This document shows, piece by piece, positions 19,120-29,550 of a stretch of 64,000 nt of DNA; the stretch's first letter is position 1, and each line of letters starts with the position of its first letter. This DNA comes from a virus. The notes under the pieces are model-generated. The model did no database searches, was not told the origin of the DNA, and saw only the letters and a list, made by a program, of their open reading frames with translations. The stretch spans positions 128,733 through 192,732 of IMG/VR virus record IMGVR_UViG_3300008108_000011, one strand, 5' to 3'. The position numbers were made by a program, and so were the translations under genes.

Positions 19120-20776
19120 TAATGTATATCTTGGTAATCCTAATCTAAAGAAAGCTAATACCGCTATTAGTTTTACAAAGGATCAAGTCGAAGAGTTTAT
19201 TAAATGCAAAGATGACCCAGTTTACTTTGCAAAGAACTATGTGAAGATCATCTCTCTTGATGAAGGTCTTGTTCCTTTTGAGATGTATGATTTCCAAGAG
19301 AAACTCATTACTAACTTCCATACACATCGATTCAACATTGCCAAACTTCCGAGACAGACAGGAAAATCAACGACGGTTATTTCCTATCTGTTGCATTATG
19401 CTGTCTTCAACGACAACATTAAGATTGCTATTCTAGCAAACAAAGCAGAAACTTCAAGAGAACTTCTGTCTCGTTTGCAGTTGGCATATGAGAATCTTCC
19501 GAAGTGGATGCAGCAAGGTATTATAGCATGGAACAAAGGATCTATGGAACTGGATAATGGTTCCAAGATTATAGCAGCATCCACCTCATCATCCGCTGTT
19601 CGAGGAAACTCTTTTAACATCATCTTCCTTGACGAGTTTGCGTTCGTTCCTAACCACATGGCGGAACAGTTCTTCTCGTCTGTATATCCTACTATCTCGT
19701 CTGGTAAGACCACAAAGGTTATTATCATTTCTACCCCACAGGGTATGAATATGTTCTACAAGCTGTGGCACGACGCAGAGCGTGGCAGGAATGGATATGT
19801 GCCACTGGAAGTTCACTGGAGCGCAGTTCCTGGTAGAGATGAGAAGTGGAAAGAAGAGACCATCAGGAACACCTCTGAGAGGCAGTTCACGCAGGAGTTT
19901 GAGTGTGAGTTCCTTGGATCGGTTGATACGCTGATCTCAGCATCTAAGTTACGCTCGATGGTGTTTGAGGATCCCATACAAGATAATAGTAAAGGATTGA
20001 AGGTATACGAGGAAGCAAAGAAAGATCACGACTACATTATGACAGTCGATGTATCCCGTGGAACCAACAATGATTACTCCGCTTTTGTCGTATTCGATAT
20101 TACCACACTGCCTTGGAAGACAGTTGCTAAGTATCGAAACAACGAAATCAAACCAATCCTGTTCCCCAACATTATAGAACAGGTTGCCAAGAACTACAAT
20201 AAAGCATACATCCTCGCAGAAGTCAATGATATTGGTGAGCAGGTAACAAACATTCTTCACTACGATTTGGAGTATCCAAACATTCTGATGTGTGCCATGC
20301 GTGGTAGAGCAGGTCAGATTGTAGGTCAAGGATTCTCTGGCACCAAATCTCAACTTGGTCTGAAGATGTCAAAGGTGACGAAGAAGGTTGGGTGCTCTAA
20401 CCTAAAAACATTGATTGAGGATGACAAACTTCTAATCTCAGACTACGAAATCATCAGTGAGCTTACCACATTCATTCAGAAGAATCAATCGTTTGAAGCT
20501 GATGATGGATACAATGATGACCTCGTAATGTGTCTGGTATTATTTGCGTGGTTGGCAGTTCAACCCTACTTTAGGGAGATGACCGACAACGATGTTCGCA
20601 AGCGTATCTACGAAGAACAGAAGAATCAGATAGAACAAGACATGGCACCGTTTGGATTTATCTCAGATGGTATTAGTGATGTAGAAGAGAAGTTTATTGA
20701 TGAAGATGGAAATGTTTGGTATACAGATGGATACGGCAATCCTTTTGTCGATGTAGAATACATGATAGGTTACTAA
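19112..20776 (+). CDS. gp17: Terminase large subunit gp17
   Basis: Walker A (PRQTGKST), Walker B (IFLDEFAF), nuclease DVSRG and DDLVM motifs; no intein. Confidence 0.98.
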   Translation: MSDNVYLGNPNLKKANTAISFTKDQVEEFIKCKDDPVYFAKNYVKIISLDEGLVPFEMYDFQEKLITNFHTHRFNIAKLPRQTGKSTTVISYLLHYAVFNDNIKIAILANKAETSRELLSRLQLAYENLPKWMQQGIIAWNKGSMELDNGSKIIAASTSSSAVRGNSFNIIFLDEFAFVPNHMAEQFFSSVYPTISSGKTTKVIIISTPQGMNMFYKLWHDAERGRNGYVPLEVHWSAVPGRDEKWKEETIRNTSERQFTQEFECEFLGSVDTLISASKLRSMVFEDPIQDNSKGLKVYEEAKKDHDYIMTVDVSRGTNNDYSAFVVFDITTLPWKTVAKYRNNEIKPILFPNIIEQVAKNYNKAYILAEVNDIGEQVTNILHYDLEYPNILMCAMRGRAGQIVGQGFSGTKSQLGLKMSKVTKKVGCSNLKTLIEDDKLLISDYEIISELTTFIQKNQSFEADDGYNDDLVMCLVLFAWLAVQPYFREMTDNDVRKRIYEEQKNQIEQDMAPFGFISDGISDVEEKFIDEDGNVWYTDGYGNPFVDVEYMIGY

Positions 20777-21003
20777 TGGATATCGAAGATGAGTTTTCTT
20801 TAGATCACTTATTATTCAGAGAAAGAAAGTGTAGGGTCTGTGGAGAGACTAAAGACCTGATGACTGATTATTATGTGATACGAAAAGGAAAGAAATACTT
20901 ACCATCTTCATATTCTTACGAATGCAAACAATGCACTATAAAAAGAATTATAGGTAACAGAGAAGGGAAACAAACTATTATGTGGGAATATCCTGATTGG
21001 TAA
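20776..21003 (+). CDS. Small zinc-ribbon protein (75 aa)
   Basis: The ATG at 20776 overlaps the gp17 stop (TAATG); CRVC and ECKQC motifs. Confidence 0.7.
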   Translation: MDIEDEFSLDHLLFRERKCRVCGETKDLMTDYYVIRKGKKYLPSSYSYECKQCTIKRIIGNREGKQTIMWEYPDW

Positions 21004-21043
21004 ATTGTTCATGCACTGTTTCCCCATTTGAAATACTCTTTTT

Positions 21044-21051
21044 CATAAATA
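21044..21051 (+). promoter_or_regulatory. Late promoter (CATAAATA) for gp18
   Basis: ATAAATA core in the intergenic gap upstream of the GAGGAG ribosome-binding site. Confidence 0.7.
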
Positions 21052-21093
21052 TTTGTAGTTAAAAAATGAACTAATTTCATCGAGGAGACAAAC

Positions 21094-22707
21094 ATGGCAG
21101 GTCAAGTATCACCTGGAATTGTTCTAAGAGAGCGTGATTTAACAGCACAAACTGTAGTTAATACTTTAGCAAACACTGCTGCCTTTGTTGGTAGTTTTGC
21201 AAAGGGTCCTGTTGGTGTAGTTACTAATATCGCTACAGAGAAAGAACTCTTAGAGACATTCGGTGCCCCTAACGCAAATAATTACGAAGATTGGTTTGTA
21301 GCTCAAACCTTCTTATCATACGGTGGTCAACTATTAGTAGTAAGAGTTGAAGATACCTCTCTCAAAAATGCTGTTGATGACACAACCGCAACAGCAATTC
21401 TTGTTAATGACAAAGCAGATTTTGATGCAAATTTTGCTTCATATGACTGGAAATTTGCTGCTAGAACAGCAGGAACTTGGGCAAACGGTTTAAAAATTGC
21501 TATAGTTGATGGTGGAGTAACCAATTACGCAACTGCTACTCTTTACGGAACTGTTCTCTGGAGTACGGTTGCAAATGATCCAGGTAGTGCCGATGATCTT
21601 CACATCGCAGTGTTGGATGCAAACAATAATGTTCTAGAAACATTTTTATATGTTTCACGTTTGTCTACTGCCAGAGATTCTCAAGGTGCTTCTAATTACT
21701 ACAAAGATGTAATTAATAACCGTTCTCAATACATTTATGCAGGACCCGAAAATGCTGCTGCAGGTGAATCAGATGTAACTCTCGCTGGTGGTGTTGATTC
21801 ATACACAACTGTAGTTGCTGATATTACAGCGGCATATGACCTATTCGCAGACGCAGAAGAAATTACATTCGATTTTATTCTTGCTGGAGGTAGTCTAGCA
21901 GTTGAAGCTGATCAAGTAACAAAGGCACAAAAAACTATTGATCTAGCATCTACAAGAAAAGACTGCATTGCTTTCGTTTCTCCTCACAAAGGATTTTTAA
22001 CATTGGCATCTGCATCAGCAAAGAGAGATGATATCATCACTTTCTTTGATAGTGTAGGAAGCAGCACTTCATATGCAGTATTTGATAGCGGATATAAGTA
22101 TATCTACGATCGTTATAACGATACTTACAGATACATTCCTTGCAATGGAGATGTTGCTGGGCTATGTGTTCAGACTTCATTGAATGCTGAAGATTGGTTC
22201 TCCCCCGCTGGAAATGCCAGAGGAAATATTAAAAATGCGGTAAAACTAGCATACACTCCTTCAAAAACAGATAGAGACAAACTCTATCTCAAGAGAATCA
22301 ATCCAATTGCTTCTTTCCCTGGTCAAGGTGTAGTTTTATTTGGTGATAAAACAGCTCTTGCTACTCCAAGTGCTTTTGATAGAATCAATGTTCGCCGTCT
22401 ATTCCTCGCGGTAGAAAAGCGTATCAATCAACTTGCTAAGAATGTTCTATTTGAATTAAATGACGAAGCACTAAGAGCATCGTTCACTAATGCTGCTGTT
22501 GGGTATCTAACAGAAGTTCAAGCAAAGCGTGGAGTTATTGATTTCTTAGTTGTATGTGACGACACAAACAACACGGCAGATGTTATTGATAGAAATGAGT
22601 TTGTTGCTGAGATCTACCTCAAGCCAACTCGTTCAATTAACTTCATCACTCTTACCTTTGTTGCTACTCGCACTGGAGTAAGTTTTGCTGAAGTCGTCGG
22701 TAGATGA
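21094..22707 (+). CDS. gp18: Tail sheath protein gp18
   Basis: SPGIVLRERDLT, KGPVG, WFSPAG..RG, INPI and FDRINVRRLF motifs. Confidence 0.96.
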   Translation: MAGQVSPGIVLRERDLTAQTVVNTLANTAAFVGSFAKGPVGVVTNIATEKELLETFGAPNANNYEDWFVAQTFLSYGGQLLVVRVEDTSLKNAVDDTTATAILVNDKADFDANFASYDWKFAARTAGTWANGLKIAIVDGGVTNYATATLYGTVLWSTVANDPGSADDLHIAVLDANNNVLETFLYVSRLSTARDSQGASNYYKDVINNRSQYIYAGPENAAAGESDVTLAGGVDSYTTVVADITAAYDLFADAEEITFDFILAGGSLAVEADQVTKAQKTIDLASTRKDCIAFVSPHKGFLTLASASAKRDDIITFFDSVGSSTSYAVFDSGYKYIYDRYNDTYRYIPCNGDVAGLCVQTSLNAEDWFSPAGNARGNIKNAVKLAYTPSKTDRDKLYLKRINPIASFPGQGVVLFGDKTALATPSAFDRINVRRLFLAVEKRINQLAKNVLFELNDEALRASFTNAAVGYLTEVQAKRGVIDFLVVCDDTNNTADVIDRNEFVAEIYLKPTRSINFITLTFVATRTGVSFAEVVGR

Positions 22708-22738
22708 TTTGTATAGGTAAAACAACGAGGTAAAAACA

Positions 22739-23329
22739 ATGGCAAACTCAAACATTCAAAATTTCTTAAACACTATTCAGAATGGTGTTAGACCCAATCT
22801 ATTTGAGGTTCAATTTGCTTTCCCATCAGGATTGACTCTTCCTGCTGGAGTAGATGCAACTTCAACTCTACTTTGCAAATCTGCTGCTCTTCCAGCATCT
22901 AATTTAGGTGTGATTGAAGTTCCTTTCAGAGGAAGAACAGTAAAGATTGCTGGAGATAGAACATTCGATACATGGACTGCAACCTTTATCAATGATACTG
23001 GTTTTGCAATCCGTGAAGCAATGGAGAAGTGGATGCAAGCAATTAATTATCATGAAAGAAATACTGCTACTCACGTCAGCCCTGCTGATACTGGCAGCAA
23101 TAGATATACAACTGATTTAATTGTTAAACAACTCAAGAGAGATTCAAACGCAGGTGGAACTGCAGTAACCTCATACAAACTATGGGGATGCTTCCCAACT
23201 AACATTTCTCAAATTGATCTTGCTTATGATAGCAACGATCAAGTTGAAGATTTTACGGTTGAATTCCAACTTCAGTATTGGACTCGTGGAACTGGAACTG
23301 ACACAACTAACGTTGTTGCTGGTGCATAA
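22739..23329 (+). CDS. gp19: Tail tube protein gp19
   Basis: RPNLFEV, VPFRGRTVKIAGDRTFDTW and FPTNISQIDL motifs. Confidence 0.96.
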   Translation: MANSNIQNFLNTIQNGVRPNLFEVQFAFPSGLTLPAGVDATSTLLCKSAALPASNLGVIEVPFRGRTVKIAGDRTFDTWTATFINDTGFAIREAMEKWMQAINYHERNTATHVSPADTGSNRYTTDLIVKQLKRDSNAGGTAVTSYKLWGCFPTNISQIDLAYDSNDQVEDFTVEFQLQYWTRGTGTDTTNVVAGA

Positions 23330-23332
23330 ATA
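23325..23332 (+). promoter_or_regulatory. Late promoter (CATAAATA) for gp20
   Basis: Overlaps the gp19 stop. Confidence 0.65.
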
Positions 23333-23360
23333 CAGTATCGGTAAGTGAGACAATTTAAAT

Positions 23361-24989
23361 ATGAGTCAACTTTTTGGATTCTCAATTAAAAGCAAAGCGG
23401 AGGAATTGAAAGGTCAATCTCCAATTCCTCCCAATGCTGATGATGCAGTAACCACCGTAGCTGGTGGTTATTTTGGTTCGTACGTAGATATTGATGGAGT
23501 AGCGAGAAATGAGTTTGATCTTATCAAACGCTACCGCGATATGTCTATGCACCCAGAGGTTGACTCTGCGATTGATGAAATTGTAAACGAAGCAATCAAC
23601 TCTAGTTTAGATGACTCACCAGTTCAAATTGAACTTTCAAATCTTGAAGTAGGCGAACCAATCAAAAGAAAAATTCGTGAAGAGTTTGATTATCTAAAGC
23701 GTCTACTATCCTTTGATACCAGAGCGCATGAAATTTTTAGAACTTGGTATATTGATGGTCGTTTATATTACCATAAAGTTATCGATCTGTCTAATCCTAA
23801 ATCGGGTATTACTGAACTCAGATTCATCGACCCACTGAAGATCAAAAAGGTCAGAGTTCAAAACAAAGATCCTAAGTTCAACACAGTTCTTTCGGCAAAT
23901 AGAGGTGGTGTTGATACAGCAATGTCATATGACTTTGGTGAATATGTAGAATACTACATGTATAATCCAAAGGGATTTATCAGTTCAACCTTCGATGTCA
24001 ACAACGCAACGAGTGGCGTCAAGATTGCAAACGATGCTATCACATATGTAACATCAGGTTTACAAGATCTCAACAAAAAGATGGTGTTGAGTTTCTTACA
24101 CAAGTCAATCAAATCACTTAACCAGTTACGCATGATTGAAGATGCGCTGGTTATCTACAGACTTTCCCGCGCACCAGAACGCCGTATTTTCTACATCGAT
24201 GTAGGCAATCTTCCTAAGGTAAAAGCAGAGCAATACCTTCGTGAAGTTATGGCTCGCTATCGTAACAAACTTGTGTATGATGCACAAACTGGTGAAATCC
24301 GCGATGACAAAAAGCATATGAGTATGCTTGAGGATTTCTGGCTCCCTCGTCGTGAAGGTGGTAGAGGAACTGAAATCACCACGCTTCCTGGTGGTCAAAA
24401 CCTCGGTGAACTCAAGGATGTTGAGTATTTTAAAAAGAAACTTTACAACTCACTCAACCTTCCACCATCGCGTTTAGATGATGCCAACCAAGGATTTTCA
24501 CTTGGTCGTTCATCTGAGATTCTACGCGATGAACTTAAGTTTGCAAAGTGGATTGCAAGACTTCGTAAGAAGTTTAGCGCACTGTTCCACGACATGCTTA
24601 AGACTCAACTCATTCTAAAAGGAGTTATCGCTCCTGAAGATTGGGATGAAATGCAAGAGCATATTCAATATGATTTCCAGTTTGATAATCATTTTGAAGA
24701 ACTCAAGCAAGCAGAACTCATGGGCAATCGCCTTCAGGTTGCAACTGCTCTCGATCCTTTCCTCGGAAAGTATTACTCAATCGAGTATGTAAGAAAGCAA
24801 GTTCTTATGCAAACTGATGCTGAGTATGATGAAATCTCCAAGCAAATGGAAGATGAGATTGCGGAAGGTAAGATTCCCGATCCCATTCATACTAATTTAA
24901 TGAATGCAGCAACTTTGGAAGTGGGAGCATTGCCTCCGCCACCTCCAGCTCCTGTTGCTCCATCTAAACCCAAAACATCAGAAAAATAA
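23361..24989 (+). CDS. gp20: Portal protein gp20
   Basis: YRDMSMHPEVDSAI, IYRLSRAPERRIFYIDVGNLPK and EDFWLPRREGGRGTEI motifs. Confidence 0.98.
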   Translation: MSQLFGFSIKSKAEELKGQSPIPPNADDAVTTVAGGYFGSYVDIDGVARNEFDLIKRYRDMSMHPEVDSAIDEIVNEAINSSLDDSPVQIELSNLEVGEPIKRKIREEFDYLKRLLSFDTRAHEIFRTWYIDGRLYYHKVIDLSNPKSGITELRFIDPLKIKKVRVQNKDPKFNTVLSANRGGVDTAMSYDFGEYVEYYMYNPKGFISSTFDVNNATSGVKIANDAITYVTSGLQDLNKKMVLSFLHKSIKSLNQLRMIEDALVIYRLSRAPERRIFYIDVGNLPKVKAEQYLREVMARYRNKLVYDAQTGEIRDDKKHMSMLEDFWLPRREGGRGTEITTLPGGQNLGELKDVEYFKKKLYNSLNLPPSRLDDANQGFSLGRSSEILRDELKFAKWIARLRKKFSALFHDMLKTQLILKGVIAPEDWDEMQEHIQYDFQFDNHFEELKQAELMGNRLQVATALDPFLGKYYSIEYVRKQVLMQTDAEYDEISKQMEDEIAEGKIPDPIHTNLMNAATLEVGALPPPPPAPVAPSKPKTSEK

Positions 24990-24992
24990 ATA
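24985..24992 (+). promoter_or_regulatory. Late promoter (AATAAATA)
   Basis: Overlaps the gp20 stop; upstream of the small core gene and gp21. Confidence 0.6.
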
Positions 24993-25012
24993 ATTTATTA
25001 TAGGTAAATTAA

Positions 25013-25213
25013 ATGGATACTATTGAAGTTGTAAATGCCATTCGTGATGGTAATCGTGTTCAAGCACTTGACAAAATTGCTGACATCCTCTACGGAAAAG
25101 CAGCAGAAGCAATGAAAGATTATAAGCAAACAGTTGCTCAAACATTTTTCGATCAACCTGAAGCTCCTGAAGAGGAGGTAGAAGAAACACCAGCAGAGGA
25201 ACCACAACAATGA
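25013..25213 (+). CDS. Small acidic prohead core protein (T4 gp67/gp68 position)
   Basis: Lies between gp20 and gp21; acidic C-terminus. Confidence 0.65.
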   Translation: MDTIEVVNAIRDGNRVQALDKIADILYGKAAEAMKDYKQTVAQTFFDQPEAPEEEVEETPAEEPQQ

Positions 25214-25854
25214 AACTAATCACCGAAGCAATTGAGGATATTCAAATCCTCGAAGAAGAAACCAACGGTAAAAAAAATCTTTACATTGAAGGTGTATTCC
25301 TTCAAGGAGATATTAAAAACCGCAACGGTCGTGTATATCCCTTTGGCGTTCTAGAACGCGAAGTTGGTAGATACACTGAACAGTATGTAAATGTTGGTCG
25401 TGCTCTCGGTGAACTAGGTCATCCTGATGGTCCTACTGTTAACTTGGATCGCGTGTCACATAAAATTGTTTCTCTAAAAGCAGAAGGTTCTAATTTTATT
25501 GGTAAAGCACAGATCCTAAATACTCCCATGGGAAACATTGCTAAGTCACTTTTGGAATCAGGAGTAAAGCTTGGCGTTTCTTCAAGGGGCATGGGTTCTA
25601 TCGAAGAGAAGAACGGTGCCAATTATGTTCGTGATGATTTCATGCTTGCAACTGCTGCCGACATCGTAGCAGATCCCTCCGCACCTGACGCATTTGTGAA
25701 CGGAATTATGGAAGGTAAAGAGTGGGTATGGGAAAATGGCATTATTAAGGAAGTTAATATTGCTAAATATCATAAGTATATTTCTGAATCTACCAGAAAA
25801 AATCTTGAGGAGAGGTCACTGAAAGCGTTCAGTCACTTCTTACAAAGTTTGTAA
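25210..25854 (+). CDS. gp21: Prohead protease gp21
   Basis: LYIEGVFLQ, NRNGRVYP, GELGHP and GVSSRGMGS motifs. Confidence 0.97.
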   Translation: MKLITEAIEDIQILEEETNGKKNLYIEGVFLQGDIKNRNGRVYPFGVLEREVGRYTEQYVNVGRALGELGHPDGPTVNLDRVSHKIVSLKAEGSNFIGKAQILNTPMGNIAKSLLESGVKLGVSSRGMGSIEEKNGANYVRDDFMLATAADIVADPSAPDAFVNGIMEGKEWVWENGIIKEVNIAKYHKYISESTRKNLEERSLKAFSHFLQSL

Positions 25855-25857
25855 TTT

Positions 25858-25865
25858 CATAAATA
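25858..25865 (+). promoter_or_regulatory. Late promoter (CATAAATA) for gp22/gp23
   Basis: ATAAATA core in the intergenic gap. Confidence 0.7.
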
Positions 25866-25906
25866 ATCATAGAATAAACACATATTAGAATTACGAGGAA
25901 TCTCAA

Positions 25907-27034
25907 ATGTCAGATAACTTAAACGAAAAGTTTGAGGAGCTTGTAACTGAATCAGAAGTTGGCACTAGTGCGCTCTCCCCCGCTATCGTTCCTGGTCAAT
26001 CATCTGGTATCGGTCAATACATGCATCCCGTTACTGGTCAAGTAAGCGACGCACAAACACGCGGCGGTCACAAAGACTCAGGTTTTGAACTATCCACTTC
26101 CCTTGCTCCTGGTCAATCAGAGGAAGATAATGGTGGTTCAACTTTCGAAGAACCAGAAGGAAAGGATAATCCTGGAGCAAAAGCTGCTAAGCATAACAGC
26201 AAAGTTAGCGATGAGCAAACCCGTGGTAAGCACCAAGATTCAGGTTTCTCGGTTAAGTCATCTGGTTATGGTGTCGAAAACGGCCCCAACAATACAAAAG
26301 TATTTGGTATGGAAGCAATCAAATATTCCGCTGCGGAAGATGTTGCTGCCCTAACCGAAGGCGAAGAGTTCTCAGAAGAGTTCAAAGCAAAGGCAACTAC
26401 AATCTTTGAAGCTGCTGTTAAGTCGCGCATCGAAGAGCAAGTAACTGCTATTGCTTCAACCCTAGAAGAGCAGTTCTCCGCCAAACTACAAGAGGAAATT
26501 GCTACCCTCTCAGAGAAAGTTGATGAAACTCTCCAGTATGCAATCACCACTTGGGTAGAAGAGAACCAAGTTGCACTCGATGCAGGTCTCAAGCTTGAGA
26601 TTGCAGAAGAGTTCATGGGTGGTCTCAAAAAAGTTTTTGAAGATAACTACCTCAGCATTCCCGACGAGAAGATTCAAGTCGTGGAAGAAATGACCGAGGA
26701 GCTTTGTGAAATGGAAACACGCCTTAACGAACAGGTTGAGCGTAATATTGAACTTAATAATAAACTCGCTGGATATCAAAAAACTGTAATCCTCAATCAA
26801 ATGAGCGAGGGTCTAGTTGATACCCAAAGAGAAAAACTTGCTTCTCTCGCTGAAGGCGTAGAGTTTGTCTCTGAAGAAGACTTCAAAGGCAAAGTTTCAA
26901 CCCTCATCTCTAGTTACTTCCCTAAGCATGTTGTAACTGAGCAAGTAACACCTGAAGTCTCTGGCGATGCATCTGCAGAACATTCCCCAGTAATGGCGGC
27001 ATATCTACAGGCGCTATCACGCTGGAGCAACTGA
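25907..27034 (+). CDS. gp22: Prohead core scaffold gp22
   Basis: EEFSEEFKAKATTIFEAAV motif, long acidic coiled coil, position before gp23. Confidence 0.93.
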   Translation: MSDNLNEKFEELVTESEVGTSALSPAIVPGQSSGIGQYMHPVTGQVSDAQTRGGHKDSGFELSTSLAPGQSEEDNGGSTFEEPEGKDNPGAKAAKHNSKVSDEQTRGKHQDSGFSVKSSGYGVENGPNNTKVFGMEAIKYSAAEDVAALTEGEEFSEEFKAKATTIFEAAVKSRIEEQVTAIASTLEEQFSAKLQEEIATLSEKVDETLQYAITTWVEENQVALDAGLKLEIAEEFMGGLKKVFEDNYLSIPDEKIQVVEEMTEELCEMETRLNEQVERNIELNNKLAGYQKTVILNQMSEGLVDTQREKLASLAEGVEFVSEEDFKGKVSTLISSYFPKHVVTEQVTPEVSGDASAEHSPVMAAYLQALSRWSN

Positions 27035-27079
27035 TCATAACGTAAAAACAATCCACTAAACTCAAAGGAGTAAAGCAAA

Positions 27080-28495
27080 ATGTCAGATTCAAGACTTTTG
27101 CAGGAAAAGTGGGCACCTGTTCTTAATCACGGTGGCCTCCCTGAAATCAAGGATGCATATCGTAAACAGGTTGTCGCCACCCTGCTAGAAAACCAAGAGC
27201 GTGCAGTTCGTGAAGAGTATGGAATGCTCAACGAAGTTGCTGTCAACTCGCTTGGCGCTACTTCCATTTCACCTGCTGGTTCAGCTCTATCATCTACCAA
27301 CACTGCTGGTCTCGCTGGTTTCGATCCTATCCTAATCAGCCTAATTCGCCGTTCAATGCCCAACCTTGTCGCTTATGACATCGCTGGCGTTCAACCAATG
27401 AGCGGTCCTACTGGTCTTATCTTCGCAATGCGTGCTCGTTACGAAGCACAAGACGGTGCAGAAGCTCTATACTACGAGCCAGACGAAGCATTCTCAACCA
27501 ACTACGATGCTACTCAGGGCGCTTACAGCGTTCGTAACGCATCTGGTTCAGGTGGAGACGCTGAGGGCAACAACCCTGCTGTTCTTAACGACGGCACTCC
27601 TGGCACCTACGAAGTTGCTCGTGGCATGAGCCGTGAGACTTCTGAAACTCTAGGCGAAGCAAACAAGCTTTTCCGCGAAATGAGCTTCAGCATCGAGAAG
27701 ACTTCGGTAACTGCGAAGACTCGTGCTCTCAAGGCAGAATACACCCTAGAACTCGCTCAAGACCTCAAGGCTATTCATGGTCTTGATGCCGAGCAAGAGC
27801 TCGCCAACCTACTCTCAAGCGAGATCCTCGCTGAGATCAACCGTGAGATCATCCGTACCGTCTACACTGTTGCACTTCCTGGTGCTCAGAACGACGTTGC
27901 TACTCAGGGTACTTTCGACCTTGATATCGATTCAAACGGTCGTTGGATGGCAGAGAAGTTCAAGGGTCTCCTATTCCAGATTCAGCGTGATGCAAACGCT
28001 ATCGGTCAGTTAACACGTAGAGGTAAGGGCAACTTCATGATCTGCTCAGCAGACGTTGCTTCCGCTATGAGCATGGCTGGTATGCTTGACTACGCTCCTG
28101 CTCTCAACACTTCACTCAACGTTGATGACACTGGTAACGTATTTGCTGGTGTTCTCCAGGGTGGTATCCGTGTTTACATCGATCCATTCGGTGCTCCTAT
28201 CTATAGTCAGTCACAAGCTGCTAAGCACTACTATGTTATGGGTTACAAGGGCACATCACCTTATGATGCTGGTCTCTTCTATTGCCCATACGTTCCTCTC
28301 CAAATGGTTCGTTCGATCAATCCTGACACCTTCCAGCCTAAGATTGGCTTCAAGACTCGTTACGGCATGGTCAGCAACCCATTCGTCTCGACCACTAACA
28401 CCAACGGTATCGCTGGTGCTACTCCTGACGGTTCAACTCTCACTGCTAATACCAACCAGTATTACAGAAGAGTTAAGGTTATCAACCTCACCTGA
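27080..28495 (+). CDS. gp23: Major capsid protein gp23
   Basis: LLQEKWAPVL, GVQPMSGPTGLIFAMR, AKTRALKAEY and FQPKIGFKTRYG motifs. Confidence 0.99.
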   Translation: MSDSRLLQEKWAPVLNHGGLPEIKDAYRKQVVATLLENQERAVREEYGMLNEVAVNSLGATSISPAGSALSSTNTAGLAGFDPILISLIRRSMPNLVAYDIAGVQPMSGPTGLIFAMRARYEAQDGAEALYYEPDEAFSTNYDATQGAYSVRNASGSGGDAEGNNPAVLNDGTPGTYEVARGMSRETSETLGEANKLFREMSFSIEKTSVTAKTRALKAEYTLELAQDLKAIHGLDAEQELANLLSSEILAEINREIIRTVYTVALPGAQNDVATQGTFDLDIDSNGRWMAEKFKGLLFQIQRDANAIGQLTRRGKGNFMICSADVASAMSMAGMLDYAPALNTSLNVDDTGNVFAGVLQGGIRVYIDPFGAPIYSQSQAAKHYYVMGYKGTSPYDAGLFYCPYVPLQMVRSINPDTFQPKIGFKTRYGMVSNPFVSTTNTNGIAGATPDGSTLTANTNQYYRRVKVINLT

Positions 28496-28513
28496 TTCTC
28501 AGGTAAATACTTT

Positions 28514-28538
28514 GACCCCCGCAAGGGGGTCTTTTTTT
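28514..28538 (+). terminator. Intrinsic terminator after gp23
   Basis: GACCCCC-GCAA-GGGGGTC followed by a T-run; AATAAATA late promoter follows at 28544-28551. Confidence 0.9.
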
Positions 28539-28570
28539 ATGCAAATAAATAGAGAAAAAAGGATAAGGTC

Positions 28571-29062
28571 ATGCCTGCAAAATGGTTTGAAGAGCAACCA
28601 AGTAATAGAAATTTTCTTGCTCCTTCAGGATTTAAAATATCATTAGAATTATTTCCTGGTGTAGATTTTTTCTGCCAACAAGCAAGCATTCCAGATATTA
28701 GTGTGGGTTTCACCGAAGTATCAACTCCATTTAGAGGAGTTCCTATAGTATCATCTGGTGGTATTACATATGGAGATTTACGATTAAAATTTATTATAGA
28801 TGAAGATCTACATAATTATCAAACTATATTTAAATGGATAGAAAAAAATAATCTTGCTAGGGAGTATTCTGAAGACACTATAGAATATTCAAAGGGAGAA
28901 TTATTAATTTTAAATAGTAACATGAAAAGAAATAGAGTAGTTTATTTTACAGATTTATTTCCAGTAAGTTTAACTGGAGTAGACTTTGATGTTGCTGACA
29001 CTGATGTGGATTATTTGACAGCAGATGTTACTTTAAAGTTCAGAGAATTTAGATTTAATTAA
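28571..29062 (+). CDS. gp3: Tail completion / tube terminator protein gp3-like
   Basis: NFLAPSGFK, FFCQQASIP, YGDLRLKFIIDEDL.NY and FPVSL motifs; position after gp23. Confidence 0.8.
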   Translation: MPAKWFEEQPSNRNFLAPSGFKISLELFPGVDFFCQQASIPDISVGFTEVSTPFRGVPIVSSGGITYGDLRLKFIIDEDLHNYQTIFKWIEKNNLAREYSEDTIEYSKGELLILNSNMKRNRVVYFTDLFPVSLTGVDFDVADTDVDYLTADVTLKFREFRFN

Positions 29063-29073
29063 TGGAGTAATTT

Positions 29074-29550
29074 ATGAAGTTTGATGATTTGAGAAACCTT
29101 TTTAATCATGTTAAATCAGAATGGCAAGAAGATTCACATATCGACTTCCAGTTTAAAAACAAACAATACTCAGCAGACCTAGCACAAATCTCGCTAGACA
29201 TCCCTTATCAACACAATAAATATTTAAACTTCTACAACGATTTTTCTACCGAGAAGACAGCACTGGAATTCCAGTATCGTATGAAGTTAAAAGAAAAAAG
29301 AGAATATTATCAAGGCGAAGCCGATCCTGAAGTTTACAAAGAAAAACCTTTTGGGCAATCCATCAAAACATCCGAGAAGATGAAAGTATACCTCGAAGCG
29401 GATGAGGATTTAATTAATATTGAGATGAAAATAGAGTTTATTAATAAGGCACTTTTCTTTTTGGATAATGTTCTTAAAATGATTTCCAATAGAAGTTTCC
29501 AAATTAAAAACGCTATCGAGTGGGAGAAATTTATTAACGGTAGCACCTAA
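29074..29550 (+). CDS. uvsY: Recombination mediator UvsY
   Basis: EW.EDS.ID, HNKYL and RSFQIKNAIEW.KF motifs. Confidence 0.9.
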   Translation: MKFDDLRNLFNHVKSEWQEDSHIDFQFKNKQYSADLAQISLDIPYQHNKYLNFYNDFSTEKTALEFQYRMKLKEKREYYQGEADPEVYKEKPFGQSIKTSEKMKVYLEADEDLINIEMKIEFINKALFFLDNVLKMISNRSFQIKNAIEWEKFINGST

